64,000 bases of DNA from a virus. This document shows, piece after piece, positions 18,195 through 28,818 of the stretch (position 1 is its first letter; every line of letters begins with the position of its first letter). The notes below the pieces were generated by a model. It was not told the origin of the DNA and ran no database searches. It saw only the letters and a list, made by a program, of their open reading frames with translations. The stretch spans positions 24,680-88,679 of IMG/VR virus record IMGVR_UViG_3300028392_000049. One strand, given 5' to 3'. The translations under genes were made by a program, and so were the position numbers.

Positions 18195-21100
18195 AGTACA
18201 TTCCTTCCAAAACAATTCGATCTACAATACCCGTGTTAACTACACGGTTTTGGTACAGGTGACTTCTACTCCAACCAGCTTCTTCTTCCCACATAGAGTC
18301 CCTATCTGAAAGGTAGCTATACCCATCAAAGTATCCATCAAAATAAGGGTTAATTGAACTTGATTGCTCGGCTAAAATTCCATCTACATATACGCTTGCA
18401 GAACTACTTGCTGTGCTCTCTAGTTTCATGATTGCGTAAGACGCCGTTGCTGGAGCTAGCGCATTGGCAATTCCGACATTAGTCCAGGCAGTATTACTAA
18501 TGCTTGTTGCCGTACCAGTAGATGTGGATAAAAGGTTTGTATTAAAATCATACCAAGAAACTGACATGGTAAACGTCTGGTTTGCTGAACCACCATTAAC
18601 TTTTAAGTATGCACTAAACGAATACGCATTTCCTGGTGTAACTGTTACAGGGACTGGTCTATTGTACGGACCAAAAGTATTATTATCAGTTCCCATTGTC
18701 ATGCCAAAGCCACTAGTAGCGCCCGCAACTGACATAAGAAGACATGCTGATGTAGGTCCTACGTAACCAGTGCTAGTGTTGCGAGCAATAGTAGTAGTAT
18801 ACGACGATCCGACTAATCCTGAAAATCCGATAAGGGATGTGGTTGGGTACAAAGTAGGATTTGGAAATAGATTTGTTCTTGTCGGATTAATTTTTATACT
18901 AGTTGTCCGCGCATCTTCAAAGCCTACTGGAACAGAAGAAACGTATCCAGTTTCAGAAACGTATGTTTCTGCGGTGGCTTGAGTTCCGCCATTGTAAGAG
19001 AATGAGTAAACCTTAGCAGGAGTATTTTGATACACTGCCGTGATTGCTACGTTAGACGTGTTATAGGTCGACGTACTAGTTTTAACTGTGACGCTATTTC
19101 CGATAACAAAGTTATGTGGGTTTGCTGTATACAAAGTGTAATTAGAAAATGTGTATGGAGCGGTTACTCCAAATGCAGCGGTGCTTGACATGGTTACTGT
19201 TCCAGAACCTATAGCCGTAACTGTTCCACCACCAGCAGGACCACTTACAGCCATGCCTACTACAATCCCTGCTGTTGAAGTAACAGATGTAAGAACATTT
19301 GATCCAGTAGTAGCAGTTGCCGTGCTTACAATTTTTGTAAATAATCGACCAGTTACTGCAATGGGAGGAACTAATTGAGCGGCATCCACCCAGTAACCTG
19401 CGGTTGTTAGAGTTTGGATATCAAAACGTGGGCAACAGAACGCAGCAGTAGCTGGGCTTAGGTCACTAACCTGTGCCTGTGCCCAGGTGTTGTTTGTTTG
19501 AGATGCAGAGGATAAAGTTCCCACAGCAGACGTGCTAATGAATGCCCCGTTTTTATCGTACCAATCTAATTTAACAGTTGCTGTACGCTTAGTTCCAGAT
19601 CCGCCATTAAAGTACATTCCAAATGCGTATGGAGTATTAGGCTCAATTGCCACTCCTGCTGTAATAGCGCTTGAGGAATCTACATTAGGAATATCAGAAA
19701 AAATTAACTGTGTTCCAGTTGGAATGCTTGACACAATATATTGAACGCCATTTTTATCTTTAAAGGCCACGCGTGAAGTTGATGAGTCAATGCTTGATAC
19801 ATAAAGACCTTTTGGTAGACTATTATTGGTTTGATCTACTACGTAGTCTCCAACTTTTGCTTTAAAAGGTCTAATAACTATTGCAGTGCTTGAACTAATA
19901 GATACAACTTGTGCTCGGCGTGGGCCCATAACATACGATGCCGTTACCCCAGAACCACTTTCGGTAATAACATATCCAATATTTGAAGTAGTATTGTTAG
20001 AAAATGCTAATGAAGACCCAGCTGATGTTACAGAGGTCGGCGGTTTATTGACATGAATAGTTGTGCTATTAATTACAGCAGTTACTTGCATCTGTGGCGC
20101 AGGACTTGTTCCGCTAGTCAAATTATATATTTGACTACCTAGCTGGATTTTAGATGAGTCTGTAACGTAAAGAGCAATTCCATTATTGACAACTTGAGAA
20201 AGAACTCCAAAAGTTGTGGCTGTACCAGGAACATTGTTGTTACTTATTGTCACTGTTGTAGAGGTAGTTGCAGTAATTACGCCTTGAGCATTGTAACCAG
20301 AAGGAGCCATTCCCACAGCAATTGCAGACTGACCTAAAACAAATGGGTGCCCAGATCCCACAGTGTACGTAATGGTACTAGACGTCGTTGATGCTGCAGT
20401 AATTGCCCACCCAAATTGAGCTGAGTTAGTTGTTTTAATTTCGTAAAAAGGCACACCATTACCATATGCTGGGTCGGCTGTTATATTAAAGTAAGATGAT
20501 ACCGACCCTTGAGGCGCAGAAACTTTTGCAAACAGTGGTGAATATAGTGTGCGTGTAAACGGGGCTGTTGTAGCCACCGATGACTGGTTATACCCAATGG
20601 TAGATGTGTAATCGGGCTGCCACCATCCAGTTGAATTGACAAAAGATGAGGTATCATAATCTGGCAAAATATTTTTAGGCTTAGCTATAGTAACCCCGTA
20701 GCCTGTGTAGGATTCAATTAGCTCAGAAAGCCCTAAAGTTGAACCATTGTTTTGATATACCCTAGATATATTTTTAAGCAGCTTGCGAGCTTGGTCAATG
20801 GTATTAACATTGCTGTAGTCTCCACCAAATTGTTGAATCCATTTTTTAAGAAATACTTCGTCTGCTGTTTTAGGGTTACTTAAATTAAGCACGCCTTTAT
20901 TAAGAGCAGTGTAAGTATCAATATGAAAAGCAAGTAGACTAAGAAAAGTTTTAAGATCAGTATTTTCCTTGCCATCATTTGTTAAAGTATAAAATCTAGG
21001 AAGATGTGAAGTTAAAATATCAAGTGTTCCATTATCTGGAACAGCTAGGCAAGAAACTTGACCTATGTTTTTCCAATAAAATTTTGATAATTTTGCTGTA

Positions 21101-21807
21101 TCAACAAGGTCCGCACTAGAAAAGGTGCTTGTGGATACCCGAGCAAATAAAGTGTAGTAATACTTTGGAGCAGCGATTACTTTATTATTTCCAGATACAG
21201 TATTTACCGCAGTTCCTACTACCCCATAGCCTGAATTAGTAGTTTGAGCAGTGGACGTTCCTGTATCAAAAATATGGTAGTTGTTAGCTACTCCCAAAGA
21301 AGTAGTTGAGGTACTAGTTGATCCTAAGTACTTACCACTAATTCTAATAATATCATTTTGAGAGTACCCAGAACCAACCGCATTAACCACTGCAGTTGAT
21401 ATGCTTCCACTAGAATTAGTAGTGACAGTAAAGGAAGCTCCACGACCATTGGTGGGGGTAGTGGTACTAGAAACAAAGTTAATTGAGGATGAGGTTGTGG
21501 TTACAACAGTTGTTGTGCTGACTGTATAAGCGTTTGCTTTTGAGTAAGTAAGAGTCGATCCTGTGATACCGCCATTTGAATCTACAGATGTTACAGTAAT
21601 TTCAACACTATCTGTGGTAGATGTGTAAATTTGCACACCATCATTTGGATTATTTGGATAACCTGAAGTTTTTCTTACTAGTACTAAATCTGTCCAGTTC
21701 AATGCTTCTGGAACAGTTGACCAACTAATGTGATTAACAAAGTAGTTTGATGGACGTGCATCCATAACTACATCATAGTTTGGATCAACGTTAGTTAAAA
21801 ACGTCAC
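18187..21807 (-). CDS. Baseplate wedge/tail protein (P2 gpI-like) with carbohydrate-binding-like domains
   Basis: HLPRFY...FLSLLAF...ADEVFLKKWIQQFG...NGSTLGL; two CBM-like repeats (LDWYDKNG / VSWYDFN); follows baseplate J. Confidence 0.75.
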   Translation of the reverse strand: MTFLTNVDPNYDVVMDARPSNYFVNHISWSTVPEALNWTDLVLVRKTSGYPNNPNDGVQIYTSTTDSVEITVTSVDSNGGITGSTLTYSKANAYTVSTTTVVTTTSSSINFVSSTTTPTNGRGASFTVTTNSSGSISTAVVNAVGSGYSQNDIIRISGKYLGSTSTSTTSLGVANNYHIFDTGTSTAQTTNSGYGVVGTAVNTVSGNNKVIAAPKYYYTLFARVSTSTFSSADLVDTAKLSKFYWKNIGQVSCLAVPDNGTLDILTSHLPRFYTLTNDGKENTDLKTFLSLLAFHIDTYTALNKGVLNLSNPKTADEVFLKKWIQQFGGDYSNVNTIDQARKLLKNISRVYQNNGSTLGLSELIESYTGYGVTIAKPKNILPDYDTSSFVNSTGWWQPDYTSTIGYNQSSVATTAPFTRTLYSPLFAKVSAPQGSVSSYFNITADPAYGNGVPFYEIKTTNSAQFGWAITAASTTSSTITYTVGSGHPFVLGQSAIAVGMAPSGYNAQGVITATTSTTVTISNNNVPGTATTFGVLSQVVNNGIALYVTDSSKIQLGSQIYNLTSGTSPAPQMQVTAVINSTTIHVNKPPTSVTSAGSSLAFSNNTTSNIGYVITESGSGVTASYVMGPRRAQVVSISSSTAIVIRPFKAKVGDYVVDQTNNSLPKGLYVSSIDSSTSRVAFKDKNGVQYIVSSIPTGTQLIFSDIPNVDSSSAITAGVAIEPNTPYAFGMYFNGGSGTKRTATVKLDWYDKNGAFISTSAVGTLSSASQTNNTWAQAQVSDLSPATAAFCCPRFDIQTLTTAGYWVDAAQLVPPIAVTGRLFTKIVSTATATTGSNVLTSVTSTAGIVVGMAVSGPAGGGTVTAIGSGTVTMSSTAAFGVTAPYTFSNYTLYTANPHNFVIGNSVTVKTSTSTYNTSNVAITAVYQNTPAKVYSFSYNGGTQATAETYVSETGYVSSVPVGFEDARTTSIKINPTRTNLFPNPTLYPTTSLIGFSGLVGSSYTTTIARNTSTGYVGPTSACLLMSVAGATSGFGMTMGTDNNTFGPYNRPVPVTVTPGNAYSFSAYLKVNGGSANQTFTMSVSWYDFNTNLLSTSTGTATSISNTAWTNVGIANALAPATASYAIMKLESTASSSASVYVDGILAEQSSSINPYFDGYFDGYSYLSDRDSMWEEEAGWSRSHLYQNRVVNTGIVDRIVLEGMYYA

Positions 21808-23495
21808 GAACTGCCGCCTGTTGTAGTGACTGTAATGTATGAAGGTTCATATACTGGAACTTCATTAGCACTAAAAGTTAGATCACGGTTACCTGCAGTC
21901 AGCCCATTGTTTCCTTGAACACTGATTGTTGTTCCTGTAGCTGTAGTAGCGGTTGCTCCACTAGATAATGTAAACACAGTAGAACTGGTGATTGAGTTAA
22001 TGGTTTGACCCACCATTGATGAAGGTGAATTAATTAATGCTCCTGCGTACAAACCCGCAGTACTATTCACTGTAACAGAAGTTGCTGCAGATGCTGTTGA
22101 TCCATTTGTTACTGCTGTTTGACTATAAATACCCGAAGACGCCGTAGACGCAGGTAGCTTTTCGAAGTCATTAATAGTAATGTAGTTAACGCCATTAACT
22201 GCCTTACATGTAGCAAATACGTCTCCCTCACTAATAAGGTCAGCAAACGTCACATTATCAAATGCAAACAAGCTAGCCAGCGCAGCAGTTACCTGTGCTT
22301 GAATATTAGCGGCGTTGTACTGTGGGAGTACTGCTACTGTTACATTTAAGTATGGAAATGCCTTTGTGTAAGCTACTGGGGTTACAGTCGTGCCTGGAGG
22401 AATCTTATCGGAGAACCATGACTTAATGCTTGCAAGTAACGTGGAGTCGGGAACGCCAGCATTAGCCAACGCAATGTATAAAGACACACTGCCATATGTG
22501 GAGGCTACTGCCGCAGCCTTAGCCACTGAGGCATATGTCAGTGCAAGTGCTTGATAATCAGCTAAAGATACTGCACGAGTAATTGTACGTGCTGCTAAAG
22601 GGGCATTAACTCTGATTGAATCTGTAGTCTCAATGTCAGTACCTCCACTAAATGCATTTGCATTTGTTACAGATACTGCGGCCCCAGTAAGGGCGCTTAC
22701 ATCGATGGCTACAATTGATGATGCAGGTACATTACCTAATGAACCTGTGGTATCTGAGTAACGGTAGCTAACTGTAATGGATGCCCCGTTTGGAGGTATG
22801 GCCCCCGAAACCCCATCGCCAAAACCTACGTAGGTAACGCCGTTACCATCCGTGTAGTTATAAAATGATTGATCGGTTGACGCGGCGTCAATAATAGATG
22901 CTACACGGTTATAAGCATAACCATTTACATATACCAAAATAAGATTGCTGGTTAAACTTCCTGGCATTACTCCAGTATTAGCAAGAGCAAACTCTTGGTT
23001 AGCAGATCCAGTAGATGTTCCAACAACTTCATTGGCTACTAATAGACCTTGAGTAACAGTAGCCGTAGTTGAAGTATTGGCTCCAACAGTGAATGCGCTA
23101 TCTACAGTAAATAGCACAGGAGTAGTTCCGCTAGAGTACACTTGCGTTCCCGCAGGAATGGCTTGAGAACTTCCGTTAGCATTAGTAAAAGTTACTGTTC
23201 CTGTTGCTGGTGTTATGTCATTTGGAAAATACCCAAGAAGACTAGCTAGATTAAGAACAGTATCCCGTTGAGTAGCGGTGGACAAAAAAGCTTCATTAGC
23301 CGCACGGTCAATTTGAAAATTAAGCAAGTCACCCATGTAGGAGAACAGTTCAAGCAAAACAATGCCAAAGTCACTGGAGTCAGTAGACTTCCAGTTTGGG
23401 GCAAAGTTAGGGATGAGGGCTTTTAGGTCATCACGAATAGCCGCGTAATCACGTGAAGTATAATCAACCTGTGGCAGGTACATGTTGTCAGCCAT
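21804..23495 (-). CDS. Baseplate J-like protein
   Basis: DYTSRDY...DFGIVLLELFSYMGD...ANEAFL, FGDGVSGAIPP, RAVSLADY. Confidence 0.92.
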   Translation of the reverse strand: MADNMYLPQVDYTSRDYAAIRDDLKALIPNFAPNWKSTDSSDFGIVLLELFSYMGDLLNFQIDRAANEAFLSTATQRDTVLNLASLLGYFPNDITPATGTVTFTNANGSSQAIPAGTQVYSSGTTPVLFTVDSAFTVGANTSTTATVTQGLLVANEVVGTSTGSANQEFALANTGVMPGSLTSNLILVYVNGYAYNRVASIIDAASTDQSFYNYTDGNGVTYVGFGDGVSGAIPPNGASITVSYRYSDTTGSLGNVPASSIVAIDVSALTGAAVSVTNANAFSGGTDIETTDSIRVNAPLAARTITRAVSLADYQALALTYASVAKAAAVASTYGSVSLYIALANAGVPDSTLLASIKSWFSDKIPPGTTVTPVAYTKAFPYLNVTVAVLPQYNAANIQAQVTAALASLFAFDNVTFADLISEGDVFATCKAVNGVNYITINDFEKLPASTASSGIYSQTAVTNGSTASAATSVTVNSTAGLYAGALINSPSSMVGQTINSITSSTVFTLSSGATATTATGTTISVQGNNGLTAGNRDLTFSANEVPVYEPSYITVTTTGGSS

Positions 23496-23912
23496 TTAGT
23501 TTACCGCCTTAGTTTCTCCAGAGTTGGTCAAGCTATTATTATTAATTTTAACAGAATCTACGTCACCTGTGGGCAACTGGTAGTAAATACTTAGGCTAAT
23601 TGCCCCAGCAGCACTATCAAATCCTGATTCAATTCGCACTAGTTTTAGCTCAGGGAGCCATGACGCAAAAGTCTGAGTAATGGCTACCTTGGCATCTTCA
23701 ATAGCAGCAGTGGATGGCTCAAATAACAAACTAGTTAGATTAGCGCCATAGTCATAATACCAAACACGCTCGTTAGTTCCAGTGGAGAACACCGAAAGAA
23801 CTTTATTACGCCAAAACTTTGGGTCATCATTACGGATGGTATTGACACGCCCGTTGGAAAACGCAAACGGTAAATCAATAATATAATTAACTGTAGTTGA
23901 TATAATGGTCAT
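23496..23912 (-). CDS. Baseplate wedge gp25/GPW-like
   Basis: TGTNERVW..DYGANL..LLFEP...WLPEL. Confidence 0.85.
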   Translation of the reverse strand: MTIISTTVNYIIDLPFAFSNGRVNTIRNDDPKFWRNKVLSVFSTGTNERVWYYDYGANLTSLLFEPSTAAIEDAKVAITQTFASWLPELKLVRIESGFDSAAGAISLSIYYQLPTGDVDSVKINNNSLTNSGETKAVN

Positions 23913-24632
23913 TTAGAACGCTCCTAGCCATAGTGGGAAATTGGGGTCTCCGCCTTCAAACATTACCCAACAGCCATCTCCAGGAGTTGGGGTATAGTTC
24001 CCTACAAGGGTGGCGGTAACAATCATCGAAGCAACTGCTGGAGATGCGGGTGAAGTAGTTGCTGTTTGTGCTTCTAAAGTATTGGCCGCATCATTGCTCA
24101 TCCAAACAAATTCAAGGTAATCATTTGCAGCCAAAGTAAGCACATAATTCCAAGCAGGAAGAGCATGATGATTCTGATTAGAGGTAGTTATTTCGCCATT
24201 TGACCAATCAACATTCGTGCCATTTTTACGCAACCAAAAGTTTGCTGTAGAAGTTCCATTGTTTGCCACCTGCGCAGAAAACTGGATATTGTATTCTCCT
24301 GCGTAAGTAAACTTAATTCTTGACTTGTATGTGGAATCTATCGTAATTCCATTATTTTCCGCAGTCGTGTTTAATGTAATAACTTTAGGGGTATTGGCTG
24401 CTGTTAAAGTTTGAGTAGTTGTGTCATAAAAAGACCCATATGGAGTTTTACTATGCACAGGCAAACCAATAATAGGCCAAGCCCAGTTAGTTGCTGTATT
24501 ACCTAAAATTTGTGGAACTTTTAATTTAATACGGTGTTGATTGGATGGGTCATCTGTATTGGCTACCACCCCACGGTAAACCCCGTAAAAACGTTGGTCA
24601 CTAGGATCCCCAATAAAAACATCGCTGTACAT
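23913..24632 (-). CDS. Baseplate assembly protein V / gp5 OB-fold with internal insertion
   Basis: YGVYRGVV...DDP..RIKLKVPQ...WAWP, then ~150 extra aa, then P.PGDGCWVMFEGGDPNFPLWLG. Confidence 0.82.
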   Translation of the reverse strand: MYSDVFIGDPSDQRFYGVYRGVVANTDDPSNQHRIKLKVPQILGNTATNWAWPIIGLPVHSKTPYGSFYDTTTQTLTAANTPKVITLNTTAENNGITIDSTYKSRIKFTYAGEYNIQFSAQVANNGTSTANFWLRKNGTNVDWSNGEITTSNQNHHALPAWNYVLTLAANDYLEFVWMSNDAANTLEAQTATTSPASPAVASMIVTATLVGNYTPTPGDGCWVMFEGGDPNFPLWLGAF

Positions 24633-25963
24633 TAGATTGGTATCCCCTTTCCGCGCAGTCGTGTAATAACAGTAGCTGTTCTGTTTTTTACGTCGGTATC
24701 TGAATTAGTATTTTTACCTTTATCAGCAACATACGAATGAGGAACCCCTTTGGCATCTGTTGATATAGGGGCTCTGTTAGTAATCTGAGTTAAGTTAGTA
24801 TTTTTGTATGTCCCAGTTCCTTTAGACAACACTGTGTTGTGCTTAACAGGTATATTGCGCTTATTGGGAGTAATCTTTCTGTATTTAATTCCTTTAGGAG
24901 ATGAAAGATCTGGGGCATTAAACTTTCTAATAGCGCCTAGTGAATCAGTACCTACCTCTAGATACGTTGTGTACTGAAACACGTTAGGTGAAGTTTCAAT
25001 TACTTTATGCTGTGACGAAAGCACCATCCAGTAACCAGAGTACACATCGCCAATTCCAGATAAAAACACGGGCTTATCAGGATTAAGATTAGGTGTACCT
25101 AACACTTGAATACGTGCTCGGTAAGGGAATCGGTTGCGTTCATCTGCGGCAGCGGCTTCATAGAAAGCTACTGTTTGATTAGGGCTAACTGTACTGGTAG
25201 CAAACGAATCAAAAAGTTCAGTCTCAGCAGTAACACGTGTAGTGGTTGGGCGTTTGATATTAGTGGCAATACTTGCTACACCTGTGTACGCGTCCACGCC
25301 ACCAAATTGAACTGCTGACTTGTAGCCATCTGTGTACTTGTAGCTTTCGCTAAGTATTAAATTAAACGAGTAAAGTGTAGATCCTTGCGGGTCGTTAGCG
25401 TTACGCATAATAAAGTTAGGGGCAGAGTCCTTAAAAGCGTTAAAGTCAGTAGTCAGTTTTTTAAAGTGAATAGCAGTATTCTCAATACGGAATGTATATC
25501 CACACTGCTTAGCCAAACGAGAAAGCAACTGAAGGTCAGTAATTCCTGCTTGAGTAATTTGTGGGTAAACACGTGGATGCTCGTCTACCTCATAAGAAAA
25601 GTTATGCGATTTGGCAATGCGCCTAACTACTTCAGTAGCCGTAGTGTCATGGTATACCCGCTGGCGAGATTGCTTCATCTGGAAAGATGCTCCAATAATT
25701 TTGACATTGACAAACCGTTTACCTGGAGAAATTTGTGGGTTAATGTCATGCACGTAGCCATAGAACACTCGGTCAGAAATTTCACCACGAAGTGTGCACT
25801 TTACAGGATGTCCAGGTTTAACTTGAGAATACTGAACGTCCCAGTCTCTAAACTGAATGTCAATAATCTCATGAGCATAACGCTCCTGAGTAACTGTGAA
25901 TGACGTGATGCGTTGAGGAGGGTTATCCGCTAGCGCAAAATCAATGGCAACATAATTAAACAT
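24632..25963 (-). CDS. Baseplate hub (gpD/gp27-like)
   Basis: FYGYV, ATEVVRRIAKSH, QAGITDLQLLSRLAKQCGY, YSGYWMV. Confidence 0.85.
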   Translation of the reverse strand: MFNYVAIDFALADNPPQRITSFTVTQERYAHEIIDIQFRDWDVQYSQVKPGHPVKCTLRGEISDRVFYGYVHDINPQISPGKRFVNVKIIGASFQMKQSRQRVYHDTTATEVVRRIAKSHNFSYEVDEHPRVYPQITQAGITDLQLLSRLAKQCGYTFRIENTAIHFKKLTTDFNAFKDSAPNFIMRNANDPQGSTLYSFNLILSESYKYTDGYKSAVQFGGVDAYTGVASIATNIKRPTTTRVTAETELFDSFATSTVSPNQTVAFYEAAAADERNRFPYRARIQVLGTPNLNPDKPVFLSGIGDVYSGYWMVLSSQHKVIETSPNVFQYTTYLEVGTDSLGAIRKFNAPDLSSPKGIKYRKITPNKRNIPVKHNTVLSKGTGTYKNTNLTQITNRAPISTDAKGVPHSYVADKGKNTNSDTDVKNRTATVITRLRGKGIPI

Positions 25964-26237
25964 GAGGTATTCTCAACACCGTGCCGTCTGCAATATGTAA
26001 AAAGTCCGTAAGCTCAGGGTTGTACTCAGCAATAGTCCACCATAAAGCCGCGCTGTGGAAGTACTGTAAAGCAATGCCTTGAAGCGTCTCTCCCTTTGTG
26101 TACCTATGAGTAACGTACTTAATGTTCTGCAAGTCATCAAACGCATACAAAGTAATTGGGTAAGACTGACCGTACTCTGTTTTGCGGAAGTAATCCACAG
26201 TAGAGTCTTCGTAACGAGATCCAGAATGAATAGGCAT
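25956..26237 (-). CDS. LysM/tail X-like protein
   Basis: KGETLQGIALQYF...WWTIAEYNP...GTVLRIP. Confidence 0.85.
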   Translation of the reverse strand: MPIHSGSRYEDSTVDYFRKTEYGQSYPITLYAFDDLQNIKYVTHRYTKGETLQGIALQYFHSAALWWTIAEYNPELTDFLHIADGTVLRIPHV

Positions 26238-27154
26238 TACTTTGTCGCCAATCCAGCCGTAGCCATAAGATTAAATTGAATGTTTACGTCAGTAACCATA
26301 GGTATCATGCCTTTAGTAAAAGATGTGTGGTTAATGCTCAGGCTATTTACATAGCCAATATAACTTAATGGGCCTAAGTCAATACGCAAAAGTGTAGGGC
26401 TCAAGAAGCCGATGTCTGAACTAGCTCGACCCGTTGCCTGATTAACCCAGCCTGGTCCATTGATAGCCTTGTACAAGTACTCAATATCAGCAATAGTTCC
26501 TAGCTTTTGAAGCTCTTTAATTTTATCTTCAAACGTTCCAGAAAATCCTTTATCAAAACTATACGCAGGGTTGTAGAACTCTGATTTGGCATACAACTTT
26601 GCGTAAGTGTCATAGCCTTCTCCAGGTTTTGCTGAAAGAGGCATCGAATGAATGCACGCAAAATCGTTAGTGCGGTCAAGGCGAACGCTGAAAGACAGGT
26701 ACTCACCGCTAGGGAAAGCCCCTGCTACGCCTACAAACTTGTCAGCAAAAGAAGGAGTTATCTCCATGTTCATAGCAACACTAGTTTGAATTGACTGCGG
26801 GTTCCATAGGAACTGAAATCCGTAACGGGGGTCGCTGGCGTTGTTACCTATTCCCGTGTTATATGTTTCGCTCTTAATGTAATCGTTGTCTACTCGTGCA
26901 TACCAGTAGATACGCCCACGGCGATAGCGATGCTGAGAGCCAAGCGAGTGTGCCGTTGAGTTCTGTACTATAGGATCCACTAGAGAAGGCTCTACGGGCA
27001 TGCTCCATTGATGTGGGGGCAGGTTCCACTTGTAACCAGATAACCCTAACGGGCTCTTAGTGCTTTGTGGTTCCTGATTATTAGCTTTTGCCGCTACAAC
27101 CTTACCAGCTACTTTTTTTCTACCCAGGATTCCTCCTGTACCGCCGCCAGCCAT
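26237..27154 (-). CDS. Tail tube initiator-like protein
   Basis: FQFLWNPQSI...YIGYVNSLSINHTSF..GMIP; sits between tape measure and LysM genes. Confidence 0.65.
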   Translation of the reverse strand: MAGGGTGGILGRKKVAGKVVAAKANNQEPQSTKSPLGLSGYKWNLPPHQWSMPVEPSLVDPIVQNSTAHSLGSQHRYRRGRIYWYARVDNDYIKSETYNTGIGNNASDPRYGFQFLWNPQSIQTSVAMNMEITPSFADKFVGVAGAFPSGEYLSFSVRLDRTNDFACIHSMPLSAKPGEGYDTYAKLYAKSEFYNPAYSFDKGFSGTFEDKIKELQKLGTIADIEYLYKAINGPGWVNQATGRASSDIGFLSPTLLRIDLGPLSYIGYVNSLSINHTSFTKGMIPMVTDVNIQFNLMATAGLATK

Positions 27155-27155
27155 G

Positions 27156-28676
27156 CTATGACCTCGCTGTCAAGGCACTGCTAATAGCAAGGCCATAGGA
27201 ATAAGGATCAGATGACGGAGGAGCAGTTACATTAACGGTAATAGCTCCAGTATACAAAGGGCCAGAATTAGATGCAGCAGTTGGCATAAATGAAAGATCG
27301 TTAGCATTAGCGGGTCCTGCAGCGTTAGGACTAGAGCTTGCTCCACTAGGTAGTGCTGCTGCTCCTGCAAGTAATCCAATTCCACTAAGAAGTTTTCCAA
27401 CACCTCCTGAGCCAAAAGCTGTTCCAGCTATTCCATTAAGATTTTCAAGAATAGCTTGGCCACCGCCACCACGAGCCCCAGCAAATGTACCTAAAAAAGT
27501 ACTTAAATCTTGACCTTTATTAAGCCCAGCCCGCAATGGCCCAGTAGAATTAGCAAAAGTTCCATACGTTGATTGCAAAAAGTTATTAGCATTAACTGTT
27601 TGATTAGCAGTGCGCTCAGCAAAAGATTGAATAAGACCTAGTTCAGCTGTAGAACGGTTTCCTGTAGACGTAACTGCCCCAGTCAAACCACCGCTTTTTG
27701 CCAGCATCTCTTTAGTGCCAGAAGTACGAAGGGATGTTCCTCCGTTGTTAGCCATTTGAACAAGGCCAGAAAGTACAACTTGTTTAAGGTTTTGATCTCC
27801 ACCAAAGTACTGGTTAAGCAAACTATCCAACGCATTACCAGGTTGCATAGAAACAGCGATATCTTTTACTGTAATTGACTTACCTTGAGAAAGTAATTTA
27901 TAGATCTGCTCAATAATAGACGGCAAGTCATTCATTCCAGTACCAGAGCTATTACGAACCTGAACACCCAGCATTCTTAACATGTTAACATTTTGTGCTT
28001 GGTTTAATGATCCCATAGCGGCCATGCCGCCTTGAAGGCCAATGCCAGGGTTCAAGTTTGAAGCAAGTGCGGCTCCACCAAGAACACCTGAGTAACGAGT
28101 TGTATCAGTATTGGCTCCAGTATTATAGTTAGATAATCCAGGAAGTAATCCCATTCCTACGCCAGCATTTATTGCTGCTCCAGCATCCATAGGGTTAAGG
28201 GCAGATCCAGCAGCAGAAAAACGTTGCTGCATGTTGTAACCAACTTTTTGATTAGTGCCAAAACTTTGTTGGTTACCGCTATAGAATTTAATACGGTCAG
28301 CAAGCTGCTGAGTCATCACTGCCTCTTGAGATGTAGGCAAGAAAGACATTGCTCCAATAGCAGCTCCTCCTACATTTCCCATAAGTCTATAGAAGTTAGC
28401 TGAGCCGTTGGTAAAGCGAGGAGTGTCCCCAGCCGTGCTAGCTTGGTAAGGGGATCCTCCCCCTCCACCAGTTCCGCCTCCACCTGGGGCTCCTGAGCCA
28501 CCATTATTGGTAGGTGCTCCACGGTTAGCTACTTGAGAAGATGACCCTGCGCCCCTAAGTTTGTCTGCAAACCCCGCAATTTTTTCAAAATTACTTTTTA
28601 AACGATCGGAATCATCTGCCATCGATGAAACTGATTTTGCAGCGGCGTCTAGTCCGCTATTAACATCTCCAGCCAT
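27156..28676 (-). CDS. Tape measure protein (short)
   Basis: Ala/Gly/Gln-rich 506-aa protein following the tail chaperones. Confidence 0.6.
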   Translation of the reverse strand: MAGDVNSGLDAAAKSVSSMADDSDRLKSNFEKIAGFADKLRGAGSSSQVANRGAPTNNGGSGAPGGGGTGGGGGSPYQASTAGDTPRFTNGSANFYRLMGNVGGAAIGAMSFLPTSQEAVMTQQLADRIKFYSGNQQSFGTNQKVGYNMQQRFSAAGSALNPMDAGAAINAGVGMGLLPGLSNYNTGANTDTTRYSGVLGGAALASNLNPGIGLQGGMAAMGSLNQAQNVNMLRMLGVQVRNSSGTGMNDLPSIIEQIYKLLSQGKSITVKDIAVSMQPGNALDSLLNQYFGGDQNLKQVVLSGLVQMANNGGTSLRTSGTKEMLAKSGGLTGAVTSTGNRSTAELGLIQSFAERTANQTVNANNFLQSTYGTFANSTGPLRAGLNKGQDLSTFLGTFAGARGGGGQAILENLNGIAGTAFGSGGVGKLLSGIGLLAGAAALPSGASSSPNAAGPANANDLSFMPTAASNSGPLYTGAITVNVTAPPSSDPYSYGLAISSALTARS

Positions 28677-28685
28677 ATCTAATCC

Positions 28686-28796
28686 TTATCTCGTGGCTCT
28701 TGCGATCCAATTGTTTCTTTCTCTAAAAGAAAGAGAGCGGATGTCGCCCATACTCCAGCCAGGAAATGCTCGGGATAGTAGTTCATAAGAGTCCAT
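28686..28796 (-). CDS. Tail assembly chaperone second ORF (frameshift extension)
   Basis: MDSYELLSRAFPGWSMGDIRSLSFRERNNWIARATR in the +1 frame of the upstream gene. Confidence 0.7.
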   Translation of the reverse strand: MDSYELLSRAFPGWSMGDIRSLSFRERNNWIARATR

Positions 28797-28818
28797 TAAA
28801 TTAACGTAGTCTAAAGGC

